Of a stretch of 64,000 nucleotides of DNA, positions 56,536-64,000 are shown one piece after another. The notes under the pieces were generated by a model. It was not told where the DNA came from. It saw nothing but the letters and a program-made list of their open reading frames with translations, and did no database searches. Both the position numbers and the translations under genes were made by a program. Within the stretch, counting starts at the first letter, position 1. Each line of letters begins with the position of its first letter. The stretch is from Escherichia phage MN01: the sequence record MT129652.1. The stretch is one strand, 5' to 3'.

Positions 56536-57117
56536 ATGAAACCAACTACTGTTCTGCAAATCGCATACCTTGTATCTCAAGAATCCAAATGTTGCTCCTG
56601 GAAAGTGGGAGCTGTTATTGAAAAGAATGGACGCATTATTTCTACAGGGTATAATGGTTCCCCTGCAGGTGGGGTCAACTGTTGCGAGCATGCGGAAGAG
56701 CAAGGTTGGTTACTGAATAAACCCAAACCTGTTCTCGTCCCTGGTCATAAGCCAGAATGCGTGAGATTCAGTAAGGTTGACCGTTTTGTATTGGCGAAAG
56801 CCCATCGCGAAGCCCATTCCGCATGGTCAAAGAACAACGAAATCCATGCTGAGCTTAATGCAATTCTGTTTGCAGCAAGAATGGGTTCGTCAATTGAAGG
56901 CGCTACTATGTATGTGACGCTTTCCCCTTGCCCTGACTGTGCAAAGGCAATTTCTCAATCAGGAATCAAGAAATTGGTTTACTGTGAAACGTATGACAAG
57001 AATATTCCTGGCTGGGATGATATCCTGAAGAATGCAGGAATTGAGGTGTTCAATGTGCCTAAGCGCAGTTTAGACAAATTGAACTGGGAAAACATTAACG
57101 AATTTTGTGGTGAATAA
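56536..57117 (+). CDS. cd: dCMP deaminase
   Basis: 193 aa, same length as T4 Cd; cytidine/dCMP deaminase zinc motifs CEHAE and SPCPDC. Confidence 0.85.
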   Translation: MKPTTVLQIAYLVSQESKCCSWKVGAVIEKNGRIISTGYNGSPAGGVNCCEHAEEQGWLLNKPKPVLVPGHKPECVRFSKVDRFVLAKAHREAHSAWSKNNEIHAELNAILFAARMGSSIEGATMYVTLSPCPDCAKAISQSGIKKLVYCETYDKNIPGWDDILKNAGIEVFNVPKRSLDKLNWENINEFCGE

Positions 57118-57350
57118 TGAAATTTCGTATGGTTAAAATAACCAGTCTTAGTCCTCGAGGGACGGGTATAATCTCTTTTTCGGTGGAATACAAAAAGTAT
57201 TTCTTCTCTCGCTGGAAGTCTTACTATAAATCCGAATGGATTGACGAAAGCATCCGGTATAAAACGGACCCGGTTTTTGAAAAATGTAAATCCCTGCTGA
57301 GTGCTCTAAAAGAGCGTAATGCAACCACTATTAAAACTGTTTTGGAATAA
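57117..57350 (+). CDS. hypothetical protein (77 aa)
   Basis: ORF in track. Confidence 0.35.
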   Translation: MKFRMVKITSLSPRGTGIISFSVEYKKYFFSRWKSYYKSEWIDESIRYKTDPVFEKCKSLLSALKERNATTIKTVLE

Positions 57351-57352
57351 TT

Positions 57353-57652
57353 ATGATTTTAACTGAACAAGAAACAATTCGTCTTCGTGAAAAAGTCAAG
57401 ACTATCTTGTCTGTCGGCTTTCATGAAGTTCTGTTTGAAAAAGCAGATGGTAGCATCCGTCGTATGACTTGTACTCGCGACCTGGACCTGCTTCCATATA
57501 AAGAAATCCAGGCCCCTGGGCCAGAAGTCAATAAAGAACCAGTTAGCTATATCCGGGTATTTGATACCAAGCTTAATGAATGGCGTTCATTCTGTTTCAA
57601 TAAATTGATTTCCGTGAATGGACTGCAGACCGAGACTCTGCTCGTTCTTTAA
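57353..57652 (+). CDS. hypothetical protein (99 aa)
   Basis: ORF in track. Confidence 0.4.
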   Translation: MILTEQETIRLREKVKTILSVGFHEVLFEKADGSIRRMTCTRDLDLLPYKEIQAPGPEVNKEPVSYIRVFDTKLNEWRSFCFNKLISVNGLQTETLLVL

Positions 57653-57683
57653 TGCTTCAAACAATGCATGCTATTATTAATAC

Positions 57684-58031
57684 ATGACCAAACAACATGG
57701 ATTAAATATGGAATTACCAATTAAAGCAGTAGGTGAATATATTATTTTGGTTTCTGAGCCAAAGCAAGCTGGTGATGAAGAAACTACAGCATCAGGTATC
57801 GTTATCGGAAAACTCCATCAGGGCGAAATCCCAGAGATGTGTGAAGTATTTTCGGTTGGTCCGGATGTTCCTGAAGGCTTCTGCGAAGTAGGTGATTTGA
57901 CTCCTCTTCCGGTTGGCAAGATTGCAAACGTTCCACATCCTCTGGTTGCACTGGGACTTAAGCAGGCTAAAGAAGTTAAGCAGAAATTTGTGACCTGTCA
58001 TTATAAAGCTGTTCCTTGTCTTTATAAGTAA
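57684..58031 (+). CDS. 31: co-chaperonin gp31 (GroES analogue)
   Basis: C-terminal 100 aa closely match T4 gp31 as remembered ([67 protein letters not shown]); start may be the internal ATG at 57708. Confidence 0.85.
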   Translation: MTKQHGLNMELPIKAVGEYIILVSEPKQAGDEETTASGIVIGKLHQGEIPEMCEVFSVGPDVPEGFCEVGDLTPLPVGKIANVPHPLVALGLKQAKEVKQKFVTCHYKAVPCLYK

Positions 58032-58040
58032 AATTAGCGT

Positions 58041-58048
58041 TATAAATA
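58041..58048 (+). promoter_or_regulatory. late promoter motif TATAAATA upstream of rIII
   Basis: Exact motif about 140 nt upstream of the rIII start. Confidence 0.45.
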
Positions 58049-58188
58049 ATAATATGGATTGGCTGCCGGACCAGTTAGTTAACCGGAGAATCCTAAACGG
58101 TGGACTACAACTGAGAGACTTGCCGAAAGGAAGTGAAATTCAGAAGAACGTGTCCACCAAATATTCACCTCATATTGAGGCTTCTAAA

Positions 58189-58443
58189 ATGTCTTTAAAC
58201 AAACAATTACAACACGCTCTCGAACTGCAACGCACTGCATGGAATAACGGTCACGAAAACTACGGCGCATCTATTGATGTTGAAGCCGAAGCACTGGAAA
58301 TTCTGCAGTATTTCAAACATCTTAACCCGGTTCAAACCGACCTTCGCGCAGTGCTCGAAGCAAAAGATGAACTGAAATTTGCTAAGCCGCTGGCATCTGC
58401 TGCCCGTAAAGCTGTTCGTCATTTTGTCGTAACCCTGAAGTAA
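58189..58443 (+). CDS. rIII: rIII (lysis-inhibition accessory protein)
   Basis: 84 aa from internal ATG (T4 RIII 82 aa); position directly after gene 31. Confidence 0.7.
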   Translation: MSLNKQLQHALELQRTAWNNGHENYGASIDVEAEALEILQYFKHLNPVQTDLRAVLEAKDELKFAKPLASAARKAVRHFVVTLK

Positions 58444-58841
58444 GCTGTAGGTGATTCGCTACCTTAGTGCGGCTAGAAAATCGAGGAGCCGTCGAACCGT
58501 CTGATTAATGATTTGCGAATCATTATAGTTTTAAGACCCCGGCAGTTTTACGGTGTACCTCTTGAATGTTATTCTTATAGCGGCAAGTGCATGCTACCCC
58601 GAGGTGATGGCCAATCGGGAGTACGCCTCAAGGCCTATATATCCATCAGTATATATCTTATCCTCGAGAAATCGAACCCGGAACCTTTAAGCTAACGGTG
58701 TGCAACAGATAAGAGCTATAAGGTATGATGACGAGGTTTATGGTTATCCTGTCGTTAAATATCCGAAACCTAATGTTCCCTTCGAGGGCTTGCGCAGGCA
58801 ATGTCAATAAGTCCTGCATTCTATTTTAAAGAGAATTTAAT
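58444..58841 (+). other. ORF-free, hairpin-rich intergenic region (candidate structured non-coding RNA or regulatory/origin region)
   Basis: About 400 bp with stop codons in all six frames (longest listed ORF 60 aa of implausible composition) in an otherwise densely coded genome; several local inverted repeats. Confidence 0.4.
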
Positions 58842-59003
58842 ATGGCTAAGAAAGAAGTTAAAGTTGTTGATGGCTCCTCCAAACGCGCTGGTTACAAGCG
58901 TGCGTCCAACAAGCGAATCAATCAGGTGACTGATAAACTTCAGGCTCGTGCTCGTGCGGTATTGCGTGCCGATGCAGCTTGCTTTGGTAAGCCGAAAGCA
59001 TAA
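58842..59003 (+). CDS. small basic protein (53 aa)
   Basis: Self-translated MAKKEVKVVDGSSKRAGYKRASNKR...; terminator immediately downstream; not in ORF track. Confidence 0.4.
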   Translation: MAKKEVKVVDGSSKRAGYKRASNKRINQVTDKLQARARAVLRADAACFGKPKA

Positions 59004-59006
59004 GTT

Positions 59007-59034
59007 CAGGGACTCTTCGGAGTCCCTTTTTTAT
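59007..59034 (+). terminator. rho-independent terminator (GGGACTC-TTCG-GAGTCCC + T-tract)
   Basis: UUCG tetraloop hairpin followed by TTTTTT. Confidence 0.6.
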
Positions 59035-59046
59035 TTTCATAAAGGG

Positions 59047-59076
59047 GTGTACAACAGGATTTACCCAGTGCATAAT
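59047..59076 (+). promoter_or_regulatory. early-type promoter (GTGTACA -35, CATAAT -10)
   Basis: Cassette family member with CATACTGAGTTACAC leader. Confidence 0.55.
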
Positions 59077-59117
59077 GATTCCATACTGAGTTACACAATA
59101 AAACACTGGAGAATAAA

Positions 59118-59486
59118 ATGAAAATCAATCTTAACTCATACATCAAAGGTAAAGACCACGACGGTTACAAAGCCATTGAAACTAAAGAAATGCAATGGCA
59201 CTTGTATAAAGAACAGTTTGAATTTGTTGGTTGTATGACTCCTGAAGGTCCTTCTGATGACTTCTCCTGGAAAATTATGGTAACAAACTTTTTTACTGGT
59301 GATACCTACGAACTGAAAACTTTGATTTTGGGTAAGATTCGTTGTAAGACCTATGAAGATGAAGAAACTGGTTATTCTGAAGATGTTACATGGTATCAAA
59401 ATGGTCGCACCACTGCAGACCTTCTGATTGAAAAAATGAAAGCTAAGGGTGAATTAAATTTAGATAATTGGATTAAAGTCGCATAA
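59118..59486 (+). CDS. hypothetical protein (122 aa)
   Basis: ORF in track after CTGGAGAATAAA leader. Confidence 0.4.
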   Translation: MKINLNSYIKGKDHDGYKAIETKEMQWHLYKEQFEFVGCMTPEGPSDDFSWKIMVTNFFTGDTYELKTLILGKIRCKTYEDEETGYSEDVTWYQNGRTTADLLIEKMKAKGELNLDNWIKVA

Positions 59487-59557
59487 AACAGTTTACTTTG
59501 GTACAGGTTATGATATTATAGACCTGTACCAACAAATGAAAACAACTGGAGAATAAA

Positions 59558-59923
59558 ATGAACTACATCAACTTTGAACGCAAATATGTTTCTAACTGCA
59601 TCCCAGGTTCTTCTGAAGTTATTTGCTTGTGGAAACACCAAAACGGTTCAGTTTGTGAAATTGAACAATATATGACTCCTAACTACGTTTATATGCGATT
59701 TGAAAATGGTATCACTCTTTCAATCACGATGGAAGGTTCGGTATTCAAAATCGCGTTAGATGATGATTTCCGTGAACGTGATTTAGGGACTCATCCTTGT
59801 TGGAATGGCGTTAATCGCAAGCTTCTGGTTAAAACTTGGATTCGTCACATCCTGAGCAACAAAGCAAAACCTGAACACCTGGAAGCAATCTTTGATGTAG
59901 TTCTTAATGAATTTGATATCTAA
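59558..59923 (+). CDS. hypothetical protein (121 aa)
   Basis: ORF in track after promoter-like GTTTAC...TATGATATTAT and CTGGAGAATAAA. Confidence 0.4.
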   Translation: MNYINFERKYVSNCIPGSSEVICLWKHQNGSVCEIEQYMTPNYVYMRFENGITLSITMEGSVFKIALDDDFRERDLGTHPCWNGVNRKLLVKTWIRHILSNKAKPEHLEAIFDVVLNEFDI

Positions 59924-59961
59924 TCTTAAATGGGGGCGAAAGCCCCCTTGAGGAAAATACT

Positions 59962-60249
59962 ATGTTTATGACTACTTACTTTGATACACGTAAAAATTTC
60001 TGTGAAGTTGTTTTCTCTAAAAAAGGTCCTAATGTTCCTGCTGGGTGTGAACCAACACGCGATTCCATTAAGAACTATGTTGATGTAGTTTGTCCACTAG
60101 AATTCAGGACTGTTAATGGACGTGATACGCTGGCAATCGCTAAGCTTAGACGCGACATTGATATTGACCCAATTGCAGCACGTGAAATTAATTCGTCTGA
60201 TATTAATGGCGGTAATGTTAAATCACACGGTTTCCAGATGAGGTTCTAA
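59962..60249 (+). CDS. hypothetical protein (95 aa)
   Basis: ORF in track with GAGGAAAATACT-ATG context. Confidence 0.35.
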   Translation: MFMTTYFDTRKNFCEVVFSKKGPNVPAGCEPTRDSIKNYVDVVCPLEFRTVNGRDTLAIAKLRRDIDIDPIAAREINSSDINGGNVKSHGFQMRF

Positions 60250-60443
60250 TGAAATTATTCTTATCACAAACTGTCCAGTTAAAAGGCGTAGGTATTCCTG
60301 GAATGATTTCTAAGGTATTGCCTGCTTTTCAATTAGGCAATACCCAAATTAAAGAAGCATATGCAGTCTTGTGGGTTGATGGAACTGAAGACGTTCGCAT
60401 GGGTGGTGAGTTGTCTGTAATCAAATGTTTAAAGCGAGGATAA
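60249..60443 (+). CDS. hypothetical protein (64 aa)
   Basis: ORF in track; ATGA-coupled. Confidence 0.3.
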   Translation: MKLFLSQTVQLKGVGIPGMISKVLPAFQLGNTQIKEAYAVLWVDGTEDVRMGGELSVIKCLKRG

Positions 60444-60444
60444 T

Positions 60445-60657
60445 ATGTTTAAGAAACTGATTCAGAAAATTTTGGGAACAGAAATGGTTGAAGTTACTTA
60501 TCGCGTGACTGACGTAAGTCCATGGACCCGAAATGTTGAACCATATACTAAAACAATTAAAATGCTGAAATCTGACGGCGGATTATCTATTAAAGACCGT
60601 CTACCTGGTTATGGTCATTGGGCTGATGTAGAGATTATCAGTGTCAAAGATGTCTGA
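60445..60657 (+). CDS. hypothetical protein (70 aa)
   Basis: ORF in track. Confidence 0.3.
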   Translation: MFKKLIQKILGTEMVEVTYRVTDVSPWTRNVEPYTKTIKMLKSDGGLSIKDRLPGYGHWADVEIISVKDV

Positions 60658-61108
60658 GTTAGAAATCAGAAGCAATTTTCCGTGGCCATCATGTGCATTA
60701 AGTAACTTTGCCAAATGGCCTTTTGTTATGGAGGGTATCCAGTTTGGAGGTCTCGAAGGCTTCCTACAAGGGTGCAAGGTGAGAAATCATGAACAACAAA
60801 AACGTATATTTGGGATGTCCGGATTGGCCGCACAGCAAAGTGGAAGAGCTTATGCAAGAGCTGCGGACCGTGGGACGCTTTTCTGGCTTGGAATTCCCTT
60901 TTCAAGATACTCTACAGCATGGAAAGAGTTGTATACAAATGCATATTTTGAAGCAGCACTCCAAAACGGGGGGTTTCGCGATGCGTTACAATCCACAAAA
61001 GGCAAAGTTTTAAAGCATTCGATGGCGAGTCACCTTACTGTTCATGATACAATATTGACTGAACAAGAATTTATTGACATACTTAACCAATTGAGAGATG
61101 CATTATGA
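60641..61108 (+). CDS. NADAR/YbiA-like (DUF1768) domain protein, T4 30.3-like
   Basis: 155 aa; FPWPSCALSNF...GIQFGGLEGFLQGCK...GFRDAL pattern recalls the NADAR fold; position upstream of ligase as for T4 30.x genes. Not verified by search. Confidence 0.5.
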   Translation: MSKMSELEIRSNFPWPSCALSNFAKWPFVMEGIQFGGLEGFLQGCKVRNHEQQKRIFGMSGLAAQQSGRAYARAADRGTLFWLGIPFSRYSTAWKELYTNAYFEAALQNGGFRDALQSTKGKVLKHSMASHLTVHDTILTEQEFIDILNQLRDAL

Positions 61109-61920
61109 AACCCGTTATTTTAACAGATATTGATGGCGTATGTTTGTCATGGCAGTCTGGCTTGCCTTATTTCGCTCAAAAATATAATTTACCCTTGGAA
61201 CACATCCTTAAGATGATTCAGGATGAAAAATTTGTGACGCCCGGGAAACTGTTCAATTGTGATGAAGAGTTAGGCGCACAGTTAATTGAAAAATATAACT
61301 GTTCGGACTTTATTCGCTATTTGTCTCCTTATGCGGATGCATTAAGGGTTATTAATAACATCAAAGAGCAATATGATTTTGTGGCTGTTACAGCCCTGGG
61401 TGATTCTATTGATGCTCGCCTGAATCGTCAATTCAACCTGAATGCTTTGTTCCCTGGTGCGTTTAAAGAAGTGATGATGTGCGGTCATACGGCATCGAAA
61501 GAAGAATTGTTTCAGAAGGCAAAAGACAAATATAATGTAGTTTGTTATATTGATGACCTTGCACACCATTGCGACCATGCGAGTGAAATCCTTGGGGTTC
61601 CGGTATATTGGATGGCCCGTGGCGAACGTGATGCTATTCCTAAAACAGCTTCCAAAGTTTTTAATTGGGACGATGTTGCTGGACAGCTTAAACTGAAACA
61701 CAAAGATGAACCAGTCAAACCAGAATACACCCCTGACGAACTCCGTAAACTGGGCGAGCTGTTTCGTGAAACTCGTCGTCTTCTGCAACAAGGCTGGCGT
61801 CCTGGACAACCATGGACTCCAGGATATAATCCAGCATATCCATATCAATATGGTCAACGCGTAGGTACGGGTATTGAATACTGGTACAATCAACCGACCG
61901 GTGGCCAAGGGGGTAATTGA
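61105..61920 (+). CDS. HAD-superfamily hydrolase-like protein with Pro/Tyr/Gly/Gln-rich C-terminal tail
   Basis: 271 aa; N-terminal ILTDIDGV matches the HAD motif I (DxDG); C-terminal about 45 aa low-complexity (GWRPGQPWTPGYNPAYPYQYGQ...GGQGGN). Confidence 0.5.
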   Translation: MKPVILTDIDGVCLSWQSGLPYFAQKYNLPLEHILKMIQDEKFVTPGKLFNCDEELGAQLIEKYNCSDFIRYLSPYADALRVINNIKEQYDFVAVTALGDSIDARLNRQFNLNALFPGAFKEVMMCGHTASKEELFQKAKDKYNVVCYIDDLAHHCDHASEILGVPVYWMARGERDAIPKTASKVFNWDDVAGQLKLKHKDEPVKPEYTPDELRKLGELFRETRRLLQQGWRPGQPWTPGYNPAYPYQYGQRVGTGIEYWYNQPTGGQGGN

Positions 61921-62198
61921 TGTTTGTCGTTCATACTATTTCAGACCGTGGTCCTGTCACCACAATGGATTACGGTCATGTTAACCAGTTTATTCGTCAT
62001 GTGAATCATAATTACTCGTTTGATATTAATCCGGCAAAAGATAATCCCGTTTGGCGTGAATGTGTTGAGCAAGGATTTATCTATGTTCACTTCATGACTA
62101 AAATGAAACCGGATGGTGCCACGAAATTTGTGTTCACTTATCATAAGCGGTTGGATTTGCTTTTGGAAGATGTGGCATATAATAGAGCCAACGACTAA
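61917..62198 (+). CDS. hypothetical protein (93 aa)
   Basis: ORF in track; ATGA-coupled. Confidence 0.35.
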   Translation: MMFVVHTISDRGPVTTMDYGHVNQFIRHVNHNYSFDINPAKDNPVWRECVEQGFIYVHFMTKMKPDGATKFVFTYHKRLDLLLEDVAYNRAND

Positions 62199-62207
62199 GA
62201 GGTGATT

Positions 62208-63740
62208 ATGATTTTAGATATTTTAAATGAAATTGCTGCAACCGATTCCACTAAAGAGAAACAAGCTATCCTGGAATCGTATTCTGATAATGAAACCCTT
62301 AAACGCGTGTATCGTTTGACATATTCCAAAGGCATCCAGTTCTATATCAAGAAATGGCCAAGCGCTGGGTTAACTACTCAAAGTTTTGGAATGCTGAATA
62401 TCGATGATATGCTTGACTTTATCGAATTCACATTAGCCACTCGTAAATTAACAGGTAATGCTGCAATTGAGGAATTATCTGGTTATATTGCAGATGGTAA
62501 AAAGGCTGATGTTGAAGTTCTTCGCCGTGTGATGATGCGTGACCTGGAATGTGGGGCATCCGTATCGATTGCGAATAAGGTTTGGAAAGGTTTAATTCCT
62601 GAACAACCACAGATGCTTGCTTCTTCTTATGATGAAGCAGGCATTGCTAAGAACATTAAGTTCCCGGCCTTTGCACAATTGAAAGCCGATGGCGCCCGGT
62701 GTTTTGCTGAAGTTCGTGGTGATGAGTTGGATGATGTTCGATTGTTATCCCGAGCTGGAAACGAGTATCTTAAGCTTGACCTCCTTAAAAAGGAATTGAT
62801 TGAAGCTACCCGTGAAGCGCGTGAGAGGCATCCTGAGGGCGTTTTAATTGATGGCGAGTTAGTATACCATGAGCAGAAAGTAGCTCCCCAGAATGATGGT
62901 TTGGGCTTCCTTTTTGACGATTCAGATGAGATTGCTCCTGCACAAGAAACTGCGGAATCAAGAACCTTTTCAAATGGTCTGGCAAACAAATCATTGAAAG
63001 GAACTATTTCTGCAGCAGAAGCTTCTTGTATGAAATTCCAGGTTTGGGATTATGTTCCACTGATTGAAGTCTATTCTGATGTTAAGATTCTCAATCCGTT
63101 GAAATACGATGTGCGTTTTGCTGTTCTGGAAAAGATGATTGCAGATAACGTGGTGCTGCATGGTTTTGACCGCATGATTCTGATTGAAAACCATGTTGTT
63201 AACAATCTCGATGAAGCGAAGGTTATCTATAAGAAATATGTAGATGAAGGCCTTGAAGGGATTATCCTTAAAAACATGGCATCGATTTGGGAAAACAAGC
63301 GCTCAAAGAACCTGTATAAGTTCAAAGAAGTAATTGACATTGCAATGGAAATCATTGGATATTACGAGCACGATAAAGACCCGAATAAGATTGGCGGTGT
63401 GGTGCTTCGTTCTTCTTGTGGTAAGATTACGAATAACTGTGGTTCTGGTTTTAAAGACACAACTCAAGTCAAAGATAAGAAAACCAAAAAATGGGTTACT
63501 ATTCCGATTGAGGAGCGTCATGAAATGGACCGTGAAGCCTTGATGGTTAAAGCCCGTAAAGGTGAATTGGTTGGAATGATTGCCGACTGTGAATGTAATG
63601 GTTGGTTGACTTCCGAGACTCGTAAAGATAATACGGTTGCATTGTTCCTGCCGATTATCAAAGGGTTCCGTTTCGATAAAGACCATGCAGACACATTCGA
63701 AGATGTATTTGGCGACTGGTCAAAGACTGGATTAAAATAA
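62208..63740 (+). CDS. 30: ATP-dependent DNA ligase gp30
   Basis: About 510 aa (T4 487 aa); extensive identity to T4 ligase as remembered (LNEIA...STKEKQAILE, KRVYRLTYS, adenylation lysine motif AQLKADGARCFAEVRGDELDDVRLLSRAGNEY, EGIILKN, SKNLYKFKEVID); start set at ATG 62208 rather than the track's GTG. Confidence 0.9.
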   Translation: MILDILNEIAATDSTKEKQAILESYSDNETLKRVYRLTYSKGIQFYIKKWPSAGLTTQSFGMLNIDDMLDFIEFTLATRKLTGNAAIEELSGYIADGKKADVEVLRRVMMRDLECGASVSIANKVWKGLIPEQPQMLASSYDEAGIAKNIKFPAFAQLKADGARCFAEVRGDELDDVRLLSRAGNEYLKLDLLKKELIEATREARERHPEGVLIDGELVYHEQKVAPQNDGLGFLFDDSDEIAPAQETAESRTFSNGLANKSLKGTISAAEASCMKFQVWDYVPLIEVYSDVKILNPLKYDVRFAVLEKMIADNVVLHGFDRMILIENHVVNNLDEAKVIYKKYVDEGLEGIILKNMASIWENKRSKNLYKFKEVIDIAMEIIGYYEHDKDPNKIGGVVLRSSCGKITNNCGSGFKDTTQVKDKKTKKWVTIPIEERHEMDREALMVKARKGELVGMIADCECNGWLTSETRKDNTVALFLPIIKGFRFDKDHADTFEDVFGDWSKTGLK

Positions 63741-63742
63741 CA

Positions 63743-63765
63743 AAGGGGCTTCGGCCCTTTTTTAG
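63743..63765 (+). terminator. rho-independent terminator after ligase (GGGC-TTCG-GCCC + T-tract)
   Basis: UUCG tetraloop hairpin followed by TTTTT. Confidence 0.55.
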
Positions 63766-63773
63766 TATAAATA
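63766..63773 (+). promoter_or_regulatory. late promoter motif TATAAATA
   Basis: Exact motif upstream of the partial ORF starting at 63799. Confidence 0.45.
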
Positions 63774-63798
63774 CATCATATTTTATAAGGAACCTATT

Positions 63799-64000
63799 AT
63801 GTCTGAACAATTAAATGAAATCTTTGACACCGATACAGAAGGTCTGAACTATCCTGTCATTGATATGAACCCGAAATACAAGGTCCCACAGGTTTGGCAA
63901 TTCGGTGTTCCTGGGACCAATTCTCTTATGGCTCGTTTGATGCAATTCACGGGCAAAGAAACAGTTAAACAATATAAACGCGGTGATGCAATTGCCGAGG
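63799..64000 (+). CDS. hypothetical protein, 5' fragment (continues beyond window)
   Basis: ATG with AGGAACCTATT-ATG context; open to the window end. Confidence 0.35.
   Translation, partial: MSEQLNEIFDTDTEGLNYPVIDMNPKYKVPQVWQFGVPGTNSLMARLMQFTGKETVKQYKRGDAIAE

Noticed and set aside
58054-58443. Long form (129 aa) of the rIII ORF starting at 58054
   Set aside because: The upstream ATG lies at the predicted late transcript start with no SD; the internal ATG at 58189 gives an 84-aa product matching the T4 RIII size.
58640-58700. Possible tRNA in the ORF-free region (TTCGATT T-loop-like motif on the minus strand near 58664-58687)
   Set aside because: Flanking bases do not form a T-stem (CCGGG versus TCTCG) and no acceptor or anticodon arms could be built by hand; left as unassigned structured region.
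62202-62207. GTG and TTG starts proposed by the ORF track (e.g. ligase 62202, ORFs 12589 and 26362)
   Set aside because: In-frame ATG codons with better SD spacing lie a few codons downstream and match T4 N-termini where known.

Overview
This 64 kb window is a contiguous segment of a T4-like (T-even, Tevenvirinae-type) myovirus genome, in the opposite orientation to the conventional T4 map. Gene content and order were recognised by reading the supplied translations against remembered T4 proteins; no search was run. On the plus strand it runs from the 3' end of helicase gene 41 through primase 61, dCTPase 56, soc, a ModB/ModA-like ADP-ribosyltransferase pair, dda, dexA, a fused topoisomerase II large subunit (39+60 in one ORF), rIIA, rIIB, an HNH-AP2 endonuclease-like gene, ndd, stp, ac, topoisomerase subunit 52, motA and asiA. 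A minus-strand late module follows: holin t, a T2-type gp38 adhesin, and long tail fibre genes 37, 36, 35, 34. The plus strand then resumes with rnh, dsbA, 33, 59, 32, frd, td, nrdA, nrdB, denA, rnlA, an Alc-sized ORF, a spanin pair, pseT, cd, 31, rIII and DNA ligase 30. td and nrdB are uninterrupted, and the topoisomerase gene lacks the T4 gene-60 bypass. Between the conserved genes lie many small ORFs of unknown function, at least 16 copies of an early-promoter cassette (GTGTACA -35, TATAAT/CATAAT -10) whose -10 hexamer sits inside covarying inverted repeats, TATAAATA late promoters and UUCG-tetraloop terminators. The items I would look at first are an ORF-free, apparently structured ~400 bp region between rIII and a small basic ORF (58444-58841), the promoter/stem-loop cassette family, the translationally coupled nuclease cluster downstream of rIIB, and several tandem paralogue families in the variable regions. 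No rRNA, tRNA or CRISPR array could be supported.
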